Part shown: one piece after another, positions 11,447-22,195 of the stretch
Position numbering within the stretch: the first letter of the stretch is position 1
Layout: each line of letters begins with the position of its first letter
Assembly: GCA_963813535.1 (NCBI GenBank)
Contig: CAWEZH010000002.1
Location: 1,152,001 to 1,216,000, forward strand
Source of the DNA: an uncultured Chloroflexia bacterium
GTDB lineage: Bacteria > Chloroflexota > Limnocylindria > Limnocylindrales > CSP1-4
DNA: 64,000 nucleotides
Direction of reading: 5' to 3'
The notes under the pieces: model-generated
The model's database searches: none
The model's input: the letters and a program-made list of their open reading frames with translations, nothing else
Told to the model about the DNA's origin: nothing
Made by a program: the position numbers and the translations under genes

Positions 11447-14430
11447 TGGGCGTCAGCTTCGATACACCGCTCGCGCTGCTGCTCCTCATCCCGTTGCTCG
11501 GGCTCACGGGCGCCCTCTATCTGACCGCGCGACGGCGCGTCGGCGTGGGCCGGCGCAGGATCGCCCTGGTCGTGCGGACGGTGCTGCTGACGGCGCTGGT
11601 CCTCGCCCTCGCCGGGTTCCGACTGGTGCTCCCGGTGGACCGGCTCGCCACGGTGTTCGTCGTCGACCTGTCCGATTCGGTCGGCAACGCCGGCCGTGAG
11701 GACGCGCTGGCGTTCCTGCGCGAGACGCTCGTGGAGATGCCCGAGGGCGACGTGGCGGGCATCGTCGCGTTCGGCAAGCAAGCGCTCGTCGAGCGACTGC
11801 CGTCAGAGGTCGCCGAGATCTCGAGACTGGCGTCGACGCCGGTCACGTCGGCGACCGACATCGGCGGTGCGCTTCGGCTGGCCACCGCGCTCTTCCCCGA
11901 CGATGCCCAGAAGCGGATCGTGCTGCTGTCGGACGGCAACGACACGACCGGTGGCGGGCAGGCCGAGGCCGCCCTGGCCGCGACGCGCGACATCCGCATC
12001 GAGACGCGCATCATCGGGCTCGGGCCGGGCGACGAGGTCCTCGTCGAGCGCGTCATCACGCCTGCGACGGCCAGCCTCGGAGAGTCGATCGAGGTGGCGG
12101 CAGACATCCGCTCGTCGGTCCGGCAGCAGGCGACCGTGCGCCTGTTCGCGAGTGGCGAGAACGTGGCCACCGAGCGCGTCACGCTCGAAGCCGGGGTCAC
12201 CCGTGTGACCTTCGACGTGACGCCCGAGGAGGCTCGGTTGCACACGTTCCGGGTCGTGGTCGAGGCCGGCCGCGACACGTTCAGCCAGAACGATCGTGCC
12301 GACTCCGTGACGATCGTGAAGGGTGAGCCACGCACGCTCGTCCTGGCCGGCGACGAGATCGTGGCCGACGAGCTGGTCGCGGCGCTGACCAAACAGCGCC
12401 AGAAGGTCGACACCATCGTCCCGGAGGCCCTGCCGACCGACTTCGCTGACCTGGCGACCTACGACAGCATCGTCCTGGTCGACGTCCCGCGGACCCGACT
12501 GTCGGACCGCCAGCTCGGTGCGCTCCAGGTGTTCGTGCGGGACATCGGCAAGGGCCTGGTGATGATCGGCGGCCCCGATTCGTACGGCGCCGGCGGCTAC
12601 CAGAAGACGCCGCTCGAGGAGACGCTTCCGGTCGACATGGGCGTGCGCGACCGGCAGAAGCAACCCGACGTCGCGCTCGTCGTCGTGATCGACCAGTCCG
12701 GCTCGATGGACGCGTGTCACTGCAACTCGTTCAACGGTGGCGCGGGCGGCGGCACGGGCATCGGTGGGGTCCGCAAGGTCGATATCGGCAAGGAGGCGAT
12801 CCTGCGGGCGGCCGCCGCACTCACCGAGCGCGACGAGCTCGGCGTGGTGTCGTTCAACGAGCAGGCCCACTGGGTCGTGAAGACGCAGCCGCTGGGTGGT
12901 GTCGGCGACCTGCAGGGCAAGATCGCGGACATCCAGCCGCTGGGGCAGACCAACATCTTCGCGGGTCTCGAACAGGCCGTGGAGTCGCTCGAGGACGCCA
13001 CGGCGACCCGGCGGCACATCATCCTGCTGACCGATGGTTGGTCGAGCTCGGGGCAGTACGACGAGATCCTCGGGCGCATGAAGGCCGCCGGGATCACGCT
13101 CTCGACGGTCGGCGCGGGCGGCGGCTCCAACCCCTTCCTGCAGGGGCTCGCGCAGCAGGGTGGCGGCCGCTTCTACGACGCGGCGAACCCGGCCAGCATC
13201 CCGGACATCTTCCTCAAGGAGACCCAGCAGGTCTCTGGCCAGCAGATCATCGAGGAGCCGTTCTTCCCCATCTTGACCTCGTCGTCGCCGATCCTACGCG
13301 GCCTCGATGACGGGTTGCCCCGGCTGCGCGGCTACAACGGCACGACCGCCAAGCCGGCGGCCCAGACCGTGCTGGTCACGGGTCGCGACGACCCGCTCCT
13401 GGCCCAGTGGCAGTACGGGCTCGGCCGATCGGTGGCGTGGACGTCGGACTCGACCGGGCGCTGGGCGCGGGACTGGCTCGGCTGGGACGGCTTCTCGCGC
13501 TTCTTCAGCCAGCTCGTCTCATGGACCTTCCCGGGCGAAGAGACGGGCGGGATCGAGGCCGCGTTCGACACCCAGGGCGGTCAGACGACGCTCCACGTCG
13601 AGAGCGTGGAGGCGGATGGCTCGCCGCGCGACTTCTACTCGACCACCGCGGTCGTCGTCGGCCCCGACTTCACGACCGCCGACGTCGACCTCGTACAGGT
13701 CGCGCCGGGCGTGTACGAGGTCCCGCTCGGCGAGATCGATTCCGGCGCGTACGGCGTCCGGATCACCCAGACACGACCCGGCTCGACGCCGCTCGGTCGA
13801 ACCGTCGGATTGGTCGCCCCGACCGCGGCCGAGTACAGGCTGCTGGGCACCAACGAGCCGCTCCTGACGTCGCTCCGCACCGCGACCGGCGGAAGCGAGA
13901 TCGAGACCCCGCTCGACCCCTGGATCCACGACCTGCGAACCACGTCCCGCTCGACCGACCTGTGGCCGTTGCTCCTGGTCCTCGCCCTGGTCCTCTGGCC
14001 GCTCGACATCGCCCTGCGGCGTGTCTCGGTCGGGCGGCGGGAGTTCGCAGCAGCGGGCGCGTGGGTCCGCGCCGTGCCGCGGCGACGGCGCACCACCGCG
14101 GCCCGGACCGCGACAAGCGAAAGCATGCTCGCGACGCGCGCACGCGCGACCTCGGAGGAGACACGATCCGCGCTGCGTCGCACACCCGATGCGGACGCCG
14201 CGCAGCCCGCAGCGACGGCGACACTCCCGGCGCCGGCGACACGCGCCGCGGCGCCATCGGTCGCACCTTCATCGCCGGCGGCCGCTACCCCCGCACCGGC
14301 TGCCGACGCGGCACCATCGACCGCGGCACCACCTGCCCCTCCGGCTACGCCGGCCCCAGGACCCGCGGCGCCGGCTCCCGACACCCTTGCGCGTCTGCGT
14401 GACGCGAAGCGCCGCGCCCGCGAACGCTAG
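11446..14430 (+). CDS. vWA / glutamine-amidotransferase-like / vWA membrane protein
   Basis: Two MIDAS motifs (DLSDS...LLSDG; DQSGSM...LLTDG); GATase-like 'GKGLVMIGGPDSYGAGGY...LEETLPV' and 'QYGLGRSVAWTSD'; C-terminal TM and Ala/Pro-rich tail. Confidence 0.88.
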   Translation: MGVSFDTPLALLLLIPLLGLTGALYLTARRRVGVGRRRIALVVRTVLLTALVLALAGFRLVLPVDRLATVFVVDLSDSVGNAGREDALAFLRETLVEMPEGDVAGIVAFGKQALVERLPSEVAEISRLASTPVTSATDIGGALRLATALFPDDAQKRIVLLSDGNDTTGGGQAEAALAATRDIRIETRIIGLGPGDEVLVERVITPATASLGESIEVAADIRSSVRQQATVRLFASGENVATERVTLEAGVTRVTFDVTPEEARLHTFRVVVEAGRDTFSQNDRADSVTIVKGEPRTLVLAGDEIVADELVAALTKQRQKVDTIVPEALPTDFADLATYDSIVLVDVPRTRLSDRQLGALQVFVRDIGKGLVMIGGPDSYGAGGYQKTPLEETLPVDMGVRDRQKQPDVALVVVIDQSGSMDACHCNSFNGGAGGGTGIGGVRKVDIGKEAILRAAAALTERDELGVVSFNEQAHWVVKTQPLGGVGDLQGKIADIQPLGQTNIFAGLEQAVESLEDATATRRHIILLTDGWSSSGQYDEILGRMKAAGITLSTVGAGGGSNPFLQGLAQQGGGRFYDAANPASIPDIFLKETQQVSGQQIIEEPFFPILTSSSPILRGLDDGLPRLRGYNGTTAKPAAQTVLVTGRDDPLLAQWQYGLGRSVAWTSDSTGRWARDWLGWDGFSRFFSQLVSWTFPGEETGGIEAAFDTQGGQTTLHVESVEADGSPRDFYSTTAVVVGPDFTTADVDLVQVAPGVYEVPLGEIDSGAYGVRITQTRPGSTPLGRTVGLVAPTAAEYRLLGTNEPLLTSLRTATGGSEIETPLDPWIHDLRTTSRSTDLWPLLLVLALVLWPLDIALRRVSVGRREFAAAGAWVRAVPRRRRTTAARTATSESMLATRARATSEETRSALRRTPDADAAQPAATATLPAPATRAAAPSVAPSSPAAATPAPAADAAPSTAAPPAPPATPAPGPAAPAPDTLARLRDAKRRARER

Positions 14431-14457
14431 CCGGCGAACACAATCCCGGCCCGCGGG

Positions 14458-16765
14458 TCAGCGGCGCGCCAGACCGTGGCCCGGCGGTAACTCCTCGATC
14501 TCCGGCATCGACGCATCGTCCAGGATGCCCATCGACCACGCGGTCGCCTCGACGCCGCCGCCTCGATTCCGACCCGCCGCGGCCAGCCCACGGGCGGCCA
14601 CGACGCCGAGCAGTGTGAGCGCTGCGATGAGGGCCCACGGGAACTGGCGGTAGTCGACGCCACCGACGACCGAGAACTCGCCGATCGAGGTGTTGCCCGA
14701 CACGTCTGTAGCCGTGAGCCGGATCATCTGCGGCCATGGCGCAAGGCGCGTGACCACGGTGAACCGGCCGCGGTCATCGACCTCGAGGGGGCCGGCGCCG
14801 TCGATGCCGACCGTGGAACCGGGTTCGGCGCGGCCGGGGAGTCGTGCGAGGAACGGCCAGACCGGGTTCGTGAACGGCGTCTCGAGGTTGAGCGTCGGCC
14901 CGACCGCATCGCGGGCGATCGTGCGGACCACCGGGAACCCGACCTCACCCCAGTCGTTGACCGGGACGACCCGCATCGCCCACCGCGTCGTCGAATCGGT
15001 CCCCGTTCGACGGATCGCCCCGAGCTCGAGCGTCGTGAACGAGCCGTCGCGACCCGACTCGTTGCCCGGCGGGACGGGGACGCGCACGGTGCGCACGACG
15101 CCGTCGCCGTCGGGTGCCTCGAGCAGGCCCTCGATCTTCGAGGGCGCCACGTCCGCACCCTCCTCGCCCTCGGCGAGCGGCGCGATGCTGACGAACATGC
15201 GCGTGCCGGTGAAACCCGGGAGGATCGTGCTGCCATCGCTCGCCGTGGCCGCCTCGATGGTCGCCTTGGGCGACGGGAAATCCTGGAAGTAGACGACGTC
15301 GCTGCCGCGCACCTCGGAGAGCACGAACGGGGTAGATGGCCCGTGCCGCCACCAGCCGGCGGGCCCCGCTGCCAGTGGCGTCGGGCTGGTCGGCAGCCCG
15401 ACCGCCGGATCCCACCCGACACCGGCCGCGATCAATCCGGCACGCCGGCCTTCGATCGGCATCGCCGCCGCGAGACGCGTCGCGACCCAGGTCGCACCCT
15501 CGCGGAGATCGGCGACTCCGCACGGCAGGATGGCCCCCGGCATGACCAGGTCGGGACAGGCATCGTCGGCGATCGCCCCGAACCAGGCACTCGACAGGCC
15601 GTGGACCAGGACATCGGTCGTGGCCGAGGAGGTCAGCAGGTCCCATCGGTCGCCGGCCAGCGCCCGTCGATCGAGGCTCGTATGGTCGCTGCCGACGAAC
15701 CGGCCGTCGGCCGAGCGGTGGAGGCGTTCGGCATGCAGGCCGTCCGGGGAAAGCCAGCCGATGCGATCCGCATCCCCCGACGCGCCCGCGTCCGGACCCG
15801 CAACGAGCGGGATCGTGGGTCCGTCGAACAGCCGCTCCGGCTCGCCCCCCGCGGCGTCCACCACCGCGAGACCCTCCGCCAATGAAGCCAGGGCGTGGTC
15901 CGGACCGTCCTCCTCGCTGCCCAGTCGGATCGGCGGCGGGATGATCGTCAGGTCGCGCGACGCCCCGAGTTCTGCGACCGTCGTCTCGGTCCCGTCGCGC
16001 AGACGGACGGCGACCAGCCGCGACTGACCTGGCCCGCCGGGCGGGCACTGTGCCGATGCATTGACCAGCAGGTCGTCGCCCGGGGCGCCGTCCCAGCGTC
16101 CGATGACCCCTCGACCCAGCCGGCCAGGCATGTCGATGGAGCGACGGACGGCCGCTGTCGCCGAGTCGAGCACCAGCAACGAGGTCGTGCCGCACGAGCC
16201 GCTCGCATCGAATGACGGACGCAGCCCGAGCACGATCTCGTTCGTGCCGAGCCCGTCGACGTCGGCTGCACCGGCATCCTCGATCGCCTGGTCGATCCGC
16301 CCGCGGCCTGTCTGGACCAGCGTGGGCGCGCCCGCCTCCTCGCGCACCTCGATGCCGACGACGATCGCGTGCGCCGGTTCCCGGCGCGTTCATCGGGCTC
16401 GTGCCGATCAGAGCGAACCGGTCATCACCGAGGCCGACCAGCCAGCGCGCGTCGAGATCGTCGCGCTCGAGATCGACGTCGAGGACGGTGATCCTCTCCC
16501 AGGAGCTCGCACGGCGAAGGATCGACAGGCGCGCCATGGTCGGCGTCAGCCGCTCGTCGTCGAGGACGAGCAGCATCGGGGTGGTCCCCTGCGGAGCACC
16601 GTCCGTCGGGCCGAGGACGGCCATGTCGGCCATGGGCGACTCGAGTCGGCTCGCCACCGGGGACGATCCGGCGCCGGCCGCAGCCGGAACGACACCGGCG
16701 GCCAGGGCGATGCCCAGCACGGCGGCCCAGATGGACGAGCGTGGCGGTCGGTTCGCAGCGGTCAT
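14458..16765 (-). CDS. Hypothetical secreted protein with C-terminal TM anchor (one +1 frameshift near 16372)
   Basis: N-terminal signal peptide in ORF 14945..16765 joins the 14458..16347 frame at GTG|HAIVVGIEVREE; FG-GAP-like 'DVDGLGTNEIVL'; Ig-like 'ATDVSGN'; TM 'PWALIAALTLLGVVAA'. Confidence 0.65.
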
Positions 16766-16831
16766 GGCAGCCTCAGCCGCGCCATCGTACCCCTGCCGGC
16801 GCGCTCAGCCGCCCGGTGCTAGCCTCGGGCC

Positions 16832-17290
16832 GTGGCATCCCATCGCTCCATCGCGGCGTGCCTCGTCGCGCTGGTCCTCGTTGGCGCCTGCGGCACGATC
16901 TCCACGACGCCGCCGGCACCGACCCCGGCGGACTTCCAGGGCATCGCGGCGGAGCTGTCGAAGCGGGACATCGCCCTCGACACGCTCGTTTCGGGCGACG
17001 CCGGGTGCGACGACCCCACGCTCATCCAGACCGCGATCGGATTCGACGCTTCCGGGATCGACCAGGCCGACCCGATCCGCATCCACATCTACATCTTCAG
17101 GAACCGCGCATCGTTCGAGAAGCTGCGGGCCACGATCGACAGCTGCGCCCGTGCGTTCGTGACTGATCCGCAGACATTCGAGACCGTCGAGCAGTCGCCG
17201 TTCGTGCTCGCCGGGCAGGGTCCCTGGGCGCCCGGGTTCGAAGCCGCCGTCCGCGACGCACTGGAGGTCGCCGCCGGCACAGGGGACTAG
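16832..17290 (+). CDS. Hypothetical lipoprotein
   Basis: Hydrophobic signal ending in lipobox-like VGAC; GC-rich third positions; leaderless -10 box upstream. Confidence 0.7.
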   Translation: MASHRSIAACLVALVLVGACGTISTTPPAPTPADFQGIAAELSKRDIALDTLVSGDAGCDDPTLIQTAIGFDASGIDQADPIRIHIYIFRNRASFEKLRATIDSCARAFVTDPQTFETVEQSPFVLAGQGPWAPGFEAAVRDALEVAAGTGD

Positions 17291-17379
17291 CGGGACTAAG
17301 GTCCGGGGCACCTCCTTCCCATCGTCGATGGGACGTCCGACCCACGGTCCGGTCGGGCACTGACCGGGATGCTGGCGTC

Positions 17380-18111
17380 ATGCCCACCGCCCTGCGACCG
17401 GCCCGGTCGCTGCTGGCTCTTGCGCTCGTCGCCAACCTCGTCGCGGTCAGCGCCCCGACCGCGGCCCTCGGCGGTGAGCGCGCCTTCGACATGGGCGCTG
17501 CATCCTCCCCTGCGTCGCGCATCGCGACCCCTGCCGACAGCGCGGATCGTGCGGCAGCGGCGCGAGCGCGCACCGTCGCGACCGCACCCAGCCGCCCGCG
17601 GATGGTCGCGGTCCCAGCCGACTGGACAGCCCGCCCCAAGACCTCGGTACCCCAGCCGAAGCCGACGACGGTGTCGAAGGAGACCGTATCGAGCGGATCG
17701 ACGAAGAGCGGCACGCTCCGAGGTCGCAACCACGTCTGGATCCCGGCGCTCGGCATCGATCGGTCCGTGTCGGGCTACGCCTGCTCGTCGTCGTACTACC
17801 CGGGCAACCGCGTCTACCGCTGGGGGTGCGCCGGAGGCAACAACGTCTACCTGTTCGGTCACGCCCACAGCGTGTTCAAGCCGCTTCACGACGCCTACGT
17901 CCGGGGCCGGCTCCGCAAGGGGATGAAGGTGTTCTACGCCGGAGCCAACGGCAGGGTCGCCGCCTATGCCGTGTCCTGGTGGCGGCTCACGACGCCCGAG
18001 GATGGCGCGTGGGCCTATGCCGGCCAGTCCCGCCCCAGGTTGACGCTGCAGACCTGCGTCGGGGCGCGGAGTCAGTACCGCCTGATCGTTCGGCTCGCCA
18101 AGATCGGATAG
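17380..18111 (+). CDS. Sortase-domain protein
   Basis: 'IPALGID' strand; catalytic His (LFGH), TLQTC and Arg (YRLIV); N-terminal signal/TM. Confidence 0.85.
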   Translation: MPTALRPARSLLALALVANLVAVSAPTAALGGERAFDMGAASSPASRIATPADSADRAAAARARTVATAPSRPRMVAVPADWTARPKTSVPQPKPTTVSKETVSSGSTKSGTLRGRNHVWIPALGIDRSVSGYACSSSYYPGNRVYRWGCAGGNNVYLFGHAHSVFKPLHDAYVRGRLRKGMKVFYAGANGRVAAYAVSWWRLTTPEDGAWAYAGQSRPRLTLQTCVGARSQYRLIVRLAKIG

Positions 18112-18121
18112 GGGGGTCCTC

Positions 18122-18154
18122 GGGCTGAGGGAACGCAGGAGCTTTCCTCAGCCC
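18122..18154. terminator. Stem-loop between convergent sortase and acyl-CoA dehydrogenase genes
   Basis: gggctgagg (18122-18130) / cctcagccc (18146-18154) inverted repeat. Confidence 0.6.
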
Positions 18155-18165
18155 TCGGAGAGTTA

Positions 18166-19320
18166 CTACACGACTCTGAGGCCCAGGATCTGCCGGGCGA
18201 TCACCAGTCGCTGGACCTGGCTCGTGCCCTCTCCGATCTCGGTCAGCTTGGCGTCGCGCATGTAGCGCTCGACCGGGTAGTCCGTGGTGTAGCCGTAGCC
18301 GCCGTGGATCTGGATGGCCGCGTTCGTGGCACGCGAGCTGACCTCGGAGGCGAACAGCTTGCCCTCTGCGGCGACGAGACCGTAGTCGCGCCCCTGGTCC
18401 TTGAGCCAGGCGGCCTTCCAGACGAGCGAACGGGCGGCTTCGATCTCGGTCGCCATGTCGGCGACCATGAACGCGACACCCTGGAAGCTGCCGATCGGAC
18501 GGCCGAACTGCTCACGGGTCTGGGCGTACGGGATGCTCGCGTCCAGCGCGGCCTGTGCCAGCCCGACCGCCAAGGCCCCGATCGAGATCCGCCCGCCGTC
18601 GAGGATCTTGAGGAAGGTCCGGAAGCCGTCGCCCTGCGCTCCGAGCAGGTTGTCCGCCGGGATCCGCGCCGAGTCGAACCGGAGCTCGCCGGTCGCCGAC
18701 GCATGCAGGCCCAGCTTGTCCTCGAGCCGCCCGACGCTGAACCCGGGCGTGTCGGCGGGGACGATGAAGGCGCTGATCTCGGCGTCGCCCTTGTCCGTCG
18801 TGCCGGTCTTCGCGGTCACGACGTACGTGCCGGCGTGTCCGGCGTTCGTGATGAAGCGCTTCGCACCGTCGAGGACCCAGCAGTCGTCCTCGAGCCGTGC
18901 GGTCGTGCGCGTGCCACCCGCATCAGAGCCGGCCCCGGGTTCGGTCAGGCCGTACGCACCGAGGACCTTGCCGCTCGCCATCGGGACGAGGAAGAGCTGC
19001 TTCTGCTCGTCGGTACCGGCGAGATGGAGCGGGCCGCAACCGAGGCTGGTGTGGGCCGCGACGATCAGCCCGAGCGAGCCCCACACCCGGCCGATCTCCT
19101 CGACCGCGATCGCGTAGGCCAGCGTGTCGAGCCCGGCCCCGCCCTCGTCCTCGGGGATCGGGATGCCCAGCCAGCCGAGCTCGCCGATGCGCCGCACGAT
19201 CTCGGTCGGGAACCGGCGCTCTCGCTCGTGCTCCTCGACGACCGGCGCGACCTCGGTCGTCATGAAGTCCCGGATGGTGTCGCGCAGGAGCGTGTGCTCC
19301 GGAGCGAGGTCGAGGTCCAT
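18166..19320 (-). CDS. Acyl-CoA dehydrogenase (short/branched-chain-like)
   Basis: [46 protein letters not shown]; true start MDLDL at 19320. Confidence 0.95.
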   Translation of the reverse strand: MDLDLAPEHTLLRDTIRDFMTTEVAPVVEEHERERRFPTEIVRRIGELGWLGIPIPEDEGGAGLDTLAYAIAVEEIGRVWGSLGLIVAAHTSLGCGPLHLAGTDEQKQLFLVPMASGKVLGAYGLTEPGAGSDAGGTRTTARLEDDCWVLDGAKRFITNAGHAGTYVVTAKTGTTDKGDAEISAFIVPADTPGFSVGRLEDKLGLHASATGELRFDSARIPADNLLGAQGDGFRTFLKILDGGRISIGALAVGLAQAALDASIPYAQTREQFGRPIGSFQGVAFMVADMATEIEAARSLVWKAAWLKDQGRDYGLVAAEGKLFASEVSSRATNAAIQIHGGYGYTTDYPVERYMRDAKLTEIGEGTSQVQRLVIARQILGLRVV

Positions 19321-19377
19321 CGCTCCGAGCCTATCACCGCAGCATGCCTCGGGTCCCGGTGCTAGCCTTCCCGGACG

Positions 19378-20139
19378 ATGTCCGAGCCGCGCAGCGCCCC
19401 GGGGGCGCCGGCCACCCCGCCCGCCCCGGGTCCCGCGAACGACCGCGGCCGGATCGACGCCGCTGAGATCGCCGCGGGCACGATGGCCGGTGCGATCGGC
19501 GGCTCCTCCGCTCTTCGCCGGAACCTGCTGGTCATGTTGCGACATGAGGGTCCCTCCGCCCCTGAGGACCTCGCGACAGCACTCGGCGCGAGCCGGACGG
19601 GTGTGCTCCAGCAGCTCCACGCGCTGGAGACTGCCGGCCTGGTCAGCCGACGTTCGGTGCGCCATGGCGTCGGACGGCCGCGCCATGTGTATGACGTGAC
19701 CGACGCGGCGCAGGAACTGTTCCCGACCAACTACGACGGCCTCGCCTTGGGGTTGCTCGCCGCCATCCGGGCGATCGGCGGCGACGCGCTCGTGGATGAC
19801 GTGTTCGACGAACGGCGGCGTACGACGGAGACCCGCGTACGGCAGCGCCTGTCCGAACGACTCCCAGCCGACGCGTCGGTCGAGGATCGCGCCCGTGAGC
19901 TGGCCGTCATCCAGGACGAGCAGGGCTATCTCGCCGAAACGCTCGTCGGCGCCGACGGCGTGCTCCGGCTCGTCGAGCGGAACTGTGCGATCCACCACAT
20001 CGCCGCCGACACGGCGGCCGCCTGTCGTGCCGAGCTGGACCTGTTCCGGGACATCCTCGGCACCGACGTCCAACGCGAGACGCACATCGCGGCGGGCGAC
20101 CGCTGTTGCACGTACCGCATCGGGAGCGCGACCGACTGA
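19378..20139 (+). CDS. SufR-like HTH transcriptional regulator with C-terminal Cys cluster
   Basis: N-terminal wHTH ('HLHALE' region, 'GVGRPRHVY'); C-terminal 'RNCAI-x-C-RAE...RCCTY'. Confidence 0.8.
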   Translation: MSEPRSAPGAPATPPAPGPANDRGRIDAAEIAAGTMAGAIGGSSALRRNLLVMLRHEGPSAPEDLATALGASRTGVLQQLHALETAGLVSRRSVRHGVGRPRHVYDVTDAAQELFPTNYDGLALGLLAAIRAIGGDALVDDVFDERRRTTETRVRQRLSERLPADASVEDRARELAVIQDEQGYLAETLVGADGVLRLVERNCAIHHIAADTAAACRAELDLFRDILGTDVQRETHIAAGDRCCTYRIGSATD

Positions 20140-20324
20140 CGTCGGTGACCGAGAGCACCGTCTGTGTGCGAACCGGCTCGACGCGTCTATCCGTACTAGG
20201 TAACAATCGGGACCATCGTCCGACCACGAGGTCGGGCAACGTCCGTTGCATGACGGGGGAGCACGGATGCCGGCTGCATGACGCGGGTCTCGTGCGCGCC
20301 CGGCGGACCGCGCCGAGCTGAGGG

Positions 20325-21377
20325 TTAGGCCTCTTCGCGCTCCACGACCCCGCGGGAGGCGGGCGCGAGCCGGGGCTGCGGAACGTCGGACACATTCGGC
20401 ACGAACGACGCGGCAAGCGACGTGGCGGCGGCCGTCTCCTGGTCCTCGGCCGACAGGATGCCCAGCCGGCCGAGCGTCGCCATCTCGTCGCGGATGTACG
20501 TCTTGAGCATCTCCGGGCCGTCGGTGTTGATGGTGAACCGGATGCCGTTGCGCCGGAACGTATCGAAGATCCAGCGGAACTCGTCCCAGCCGGACACGAC
20601 CTTCGTGTTGAGATTGGACGTCGGGCAGATCTCCAGCACGATGCCGCGCTCGCGGATCATCTCCATCGCGCGCGGATCGTAGGCGGCCTTCACGCCATGG
20701 CCGATACGATCGGGTTCCAGCAGTTCGACGACGCGGGCGATCTCGTCGACCGGGCCGGCTTCACCGGTGTGGACCGTGATCCCGAGGCCGAACTGGCGGG
20801 CTCGGCGGAACAACCGGCGATAGTCGGCGACGCGGAAGGTCGACGCCTCCGGCCCGGCGATATCGATCCCGACCACGCCACGGTCCCGCCAGCTGATGGC
20901 CTTCTCCGCGATGATCTCATTCAGCTCGAACGGGAATGCGCGATCGAGGCAGAAGATGAGCCCGGGTTTGACCGGGTACTCGAGCGTGGCCTTGTCCATG
21001 CCCCGGAGCGCCGCCGCGATGATGTGGTCGAGATCCTGCTCGCCACCGCGGTTCCTCTTCATCGGGTTGAAGCGGAGCTCCATCGTCGTGATGTTGTTCT
21101 TGCGGTAGGCACCGCCGACCACTTCGTACACGGCTCGTTCGACCGCGATCGGCGAGCTCTGGATGAGCTCGGTCCAGTGGAAGAGCTGCAGGTAGCCGTC
21201 GAAGCTCTGGGAGCGCTTCGAGACCGTGATCATGTCCCGGAACTCCCAGTAGTCCTTGGTCGGCAACTTGATGCCCTGGGCGTGTGCGATGCCCCACATG
21301 ATCGCCGGGGTCACGGCGCCGCCGAGATGGCAGTGCAGCTCTGCGAGCGGGACCTTGCGAGCGAGCTGTCGGACCAT
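20325..21377 (-). CDS. add: Adenosine/adenine deaminase family protein
   Basis: [31 protein letters not shown]. Confidence 0.85.
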   Translation of the reverse strand: MVRQLARKVPLAELHCHLGGAVTPAIMWGIAHAQGIKLPTKDYWEFRDMITVSKRSQSFDGYLQLFHWTELIQSSPIAVERAVYEVVGGAYRKNNITTMELRFNPMKRNRGGEQDLDHIIAAALRGMDKATLEYPVKPGLIFCLDRAFPFELNEIIAEKAISWRDRGVVGIDIAGPEASTFRVADYRRLFRRARQFGLGITVHTGEAGPVDEIARVVELLEPDRIGHGVKAAYDPRAMEMIRERGIVLEICPTSNLNTKVVSGWDEFRWIFDTFRRNGIRFTINTDGPEMLKTYIRDEMATLGRLGILSAEDQETAAATSLAASFVPNVSDVPQPRLAPASRGVVEREEA

Positions 21378-21421
21378 GCCCCGAGGATAGCGTCAGGCGC
21401 CGTCGGGTGTGGCCACCTGGG

Positions 21422-22147
21422 TCACTGGCAGAGCGGCAGGTACTTCTCGCCGTCGCGTCGTACCAGCTGGACGGTCAGGCCGCCTTTGGATGTGAACGTC
21501 GCCCGATCCGGGTCGAGGACGTTCAGGGTCCCCTGAGCGGCGTTGATCGCATCCGGATGGTCGCCGTCCACCGGACCGACCGGATCCCACCACGAACCGT
21601 CGGCGTCGATCCCGCTCCAGAGGCCGCAATGGCCGAGCGAGTACGGCCGCGCGCCAGCCGAGACGGGCGGCTGGGTCGATGGTCCGACGAGCACGCCGAA
21701 CGCGTCCTGCTGCGCGAAGGTGAGCCGGGCGTCGTCGGCGGCCGCCGTCACGTGGTATGACAGCGCGCCGGCTCCGGCCTCGATGGTGATGTCGCCCTGC
21801 GGTCGTGCGACGAGTGACGTGGCGCATGGCCCCCCGTCCGGGCACCCGAACGGTCCGACCTGGACGTATCGCGCGGCGGTCCCGGCGGGCACGATCTCGC
21901 CCACTTCGGCGACGAGCCGGCGACAGTCATCGGCGCCCACGCCGATGCAGGCTGTCGGGACGCTACCCAGGTCGATACCGCTCGACTCCGCTGATGCCGA
22001 AGTCGAGGCCGATGGTGATGGCTCGGTCGCGAGTGGTGTCGGCGCCTGGATCGACGAGTTCGATGGCGAGGCCGTTGAGGTCGCGCAGGCGCCGGCGATC
22101 AGCGCGGAGAGGGCGGCCAGGAGGGCGGCACGCAAGGGTCGTGGCAT
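21422..22147 (-). CDS. Hypothetical Cys-containing lipoprotein
   Basis: Lipobox-like IAGAC, Ser/Pro linker, paired cysteines, 'LGHCGL' motif. Confidence 0.65.
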   Translation of the reverse strand: MPRPLRAALLAALSALIAGACATSTASPSNSSIQAPTPLATEPSPSASTSASAESSGIDLGSVPTACIGVGADDCRRLVAEVGEIVPAGTAARYVQVGPFGCPDGGPCATSLVARPQGDITIEAGAGALSYHVTAAADDARLTFAQQDAFGVLVGPSTQPPVSAGARPYSLGHCGLWSGIDADGSWWDPVGPVDGDHPDAINAAQGTLNVLDPDRATFTSKGGLTVQLVRRDGEKYLPLCQ

Positions 22148-22195
22148 GCCGCCGGGACGTCGCGACCGATCCGTCGGTTCCGGGTCGACCCGAGA

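Noticed and set aside
20236-20249. GCAACGTCCGTTGC as a SufR operator
   Set aside because: CAAC-N4-GTTG spacing differs from the cyanobacterial CAAC-N6-GTTG, and it lies downstream of the gene, not in a promoter
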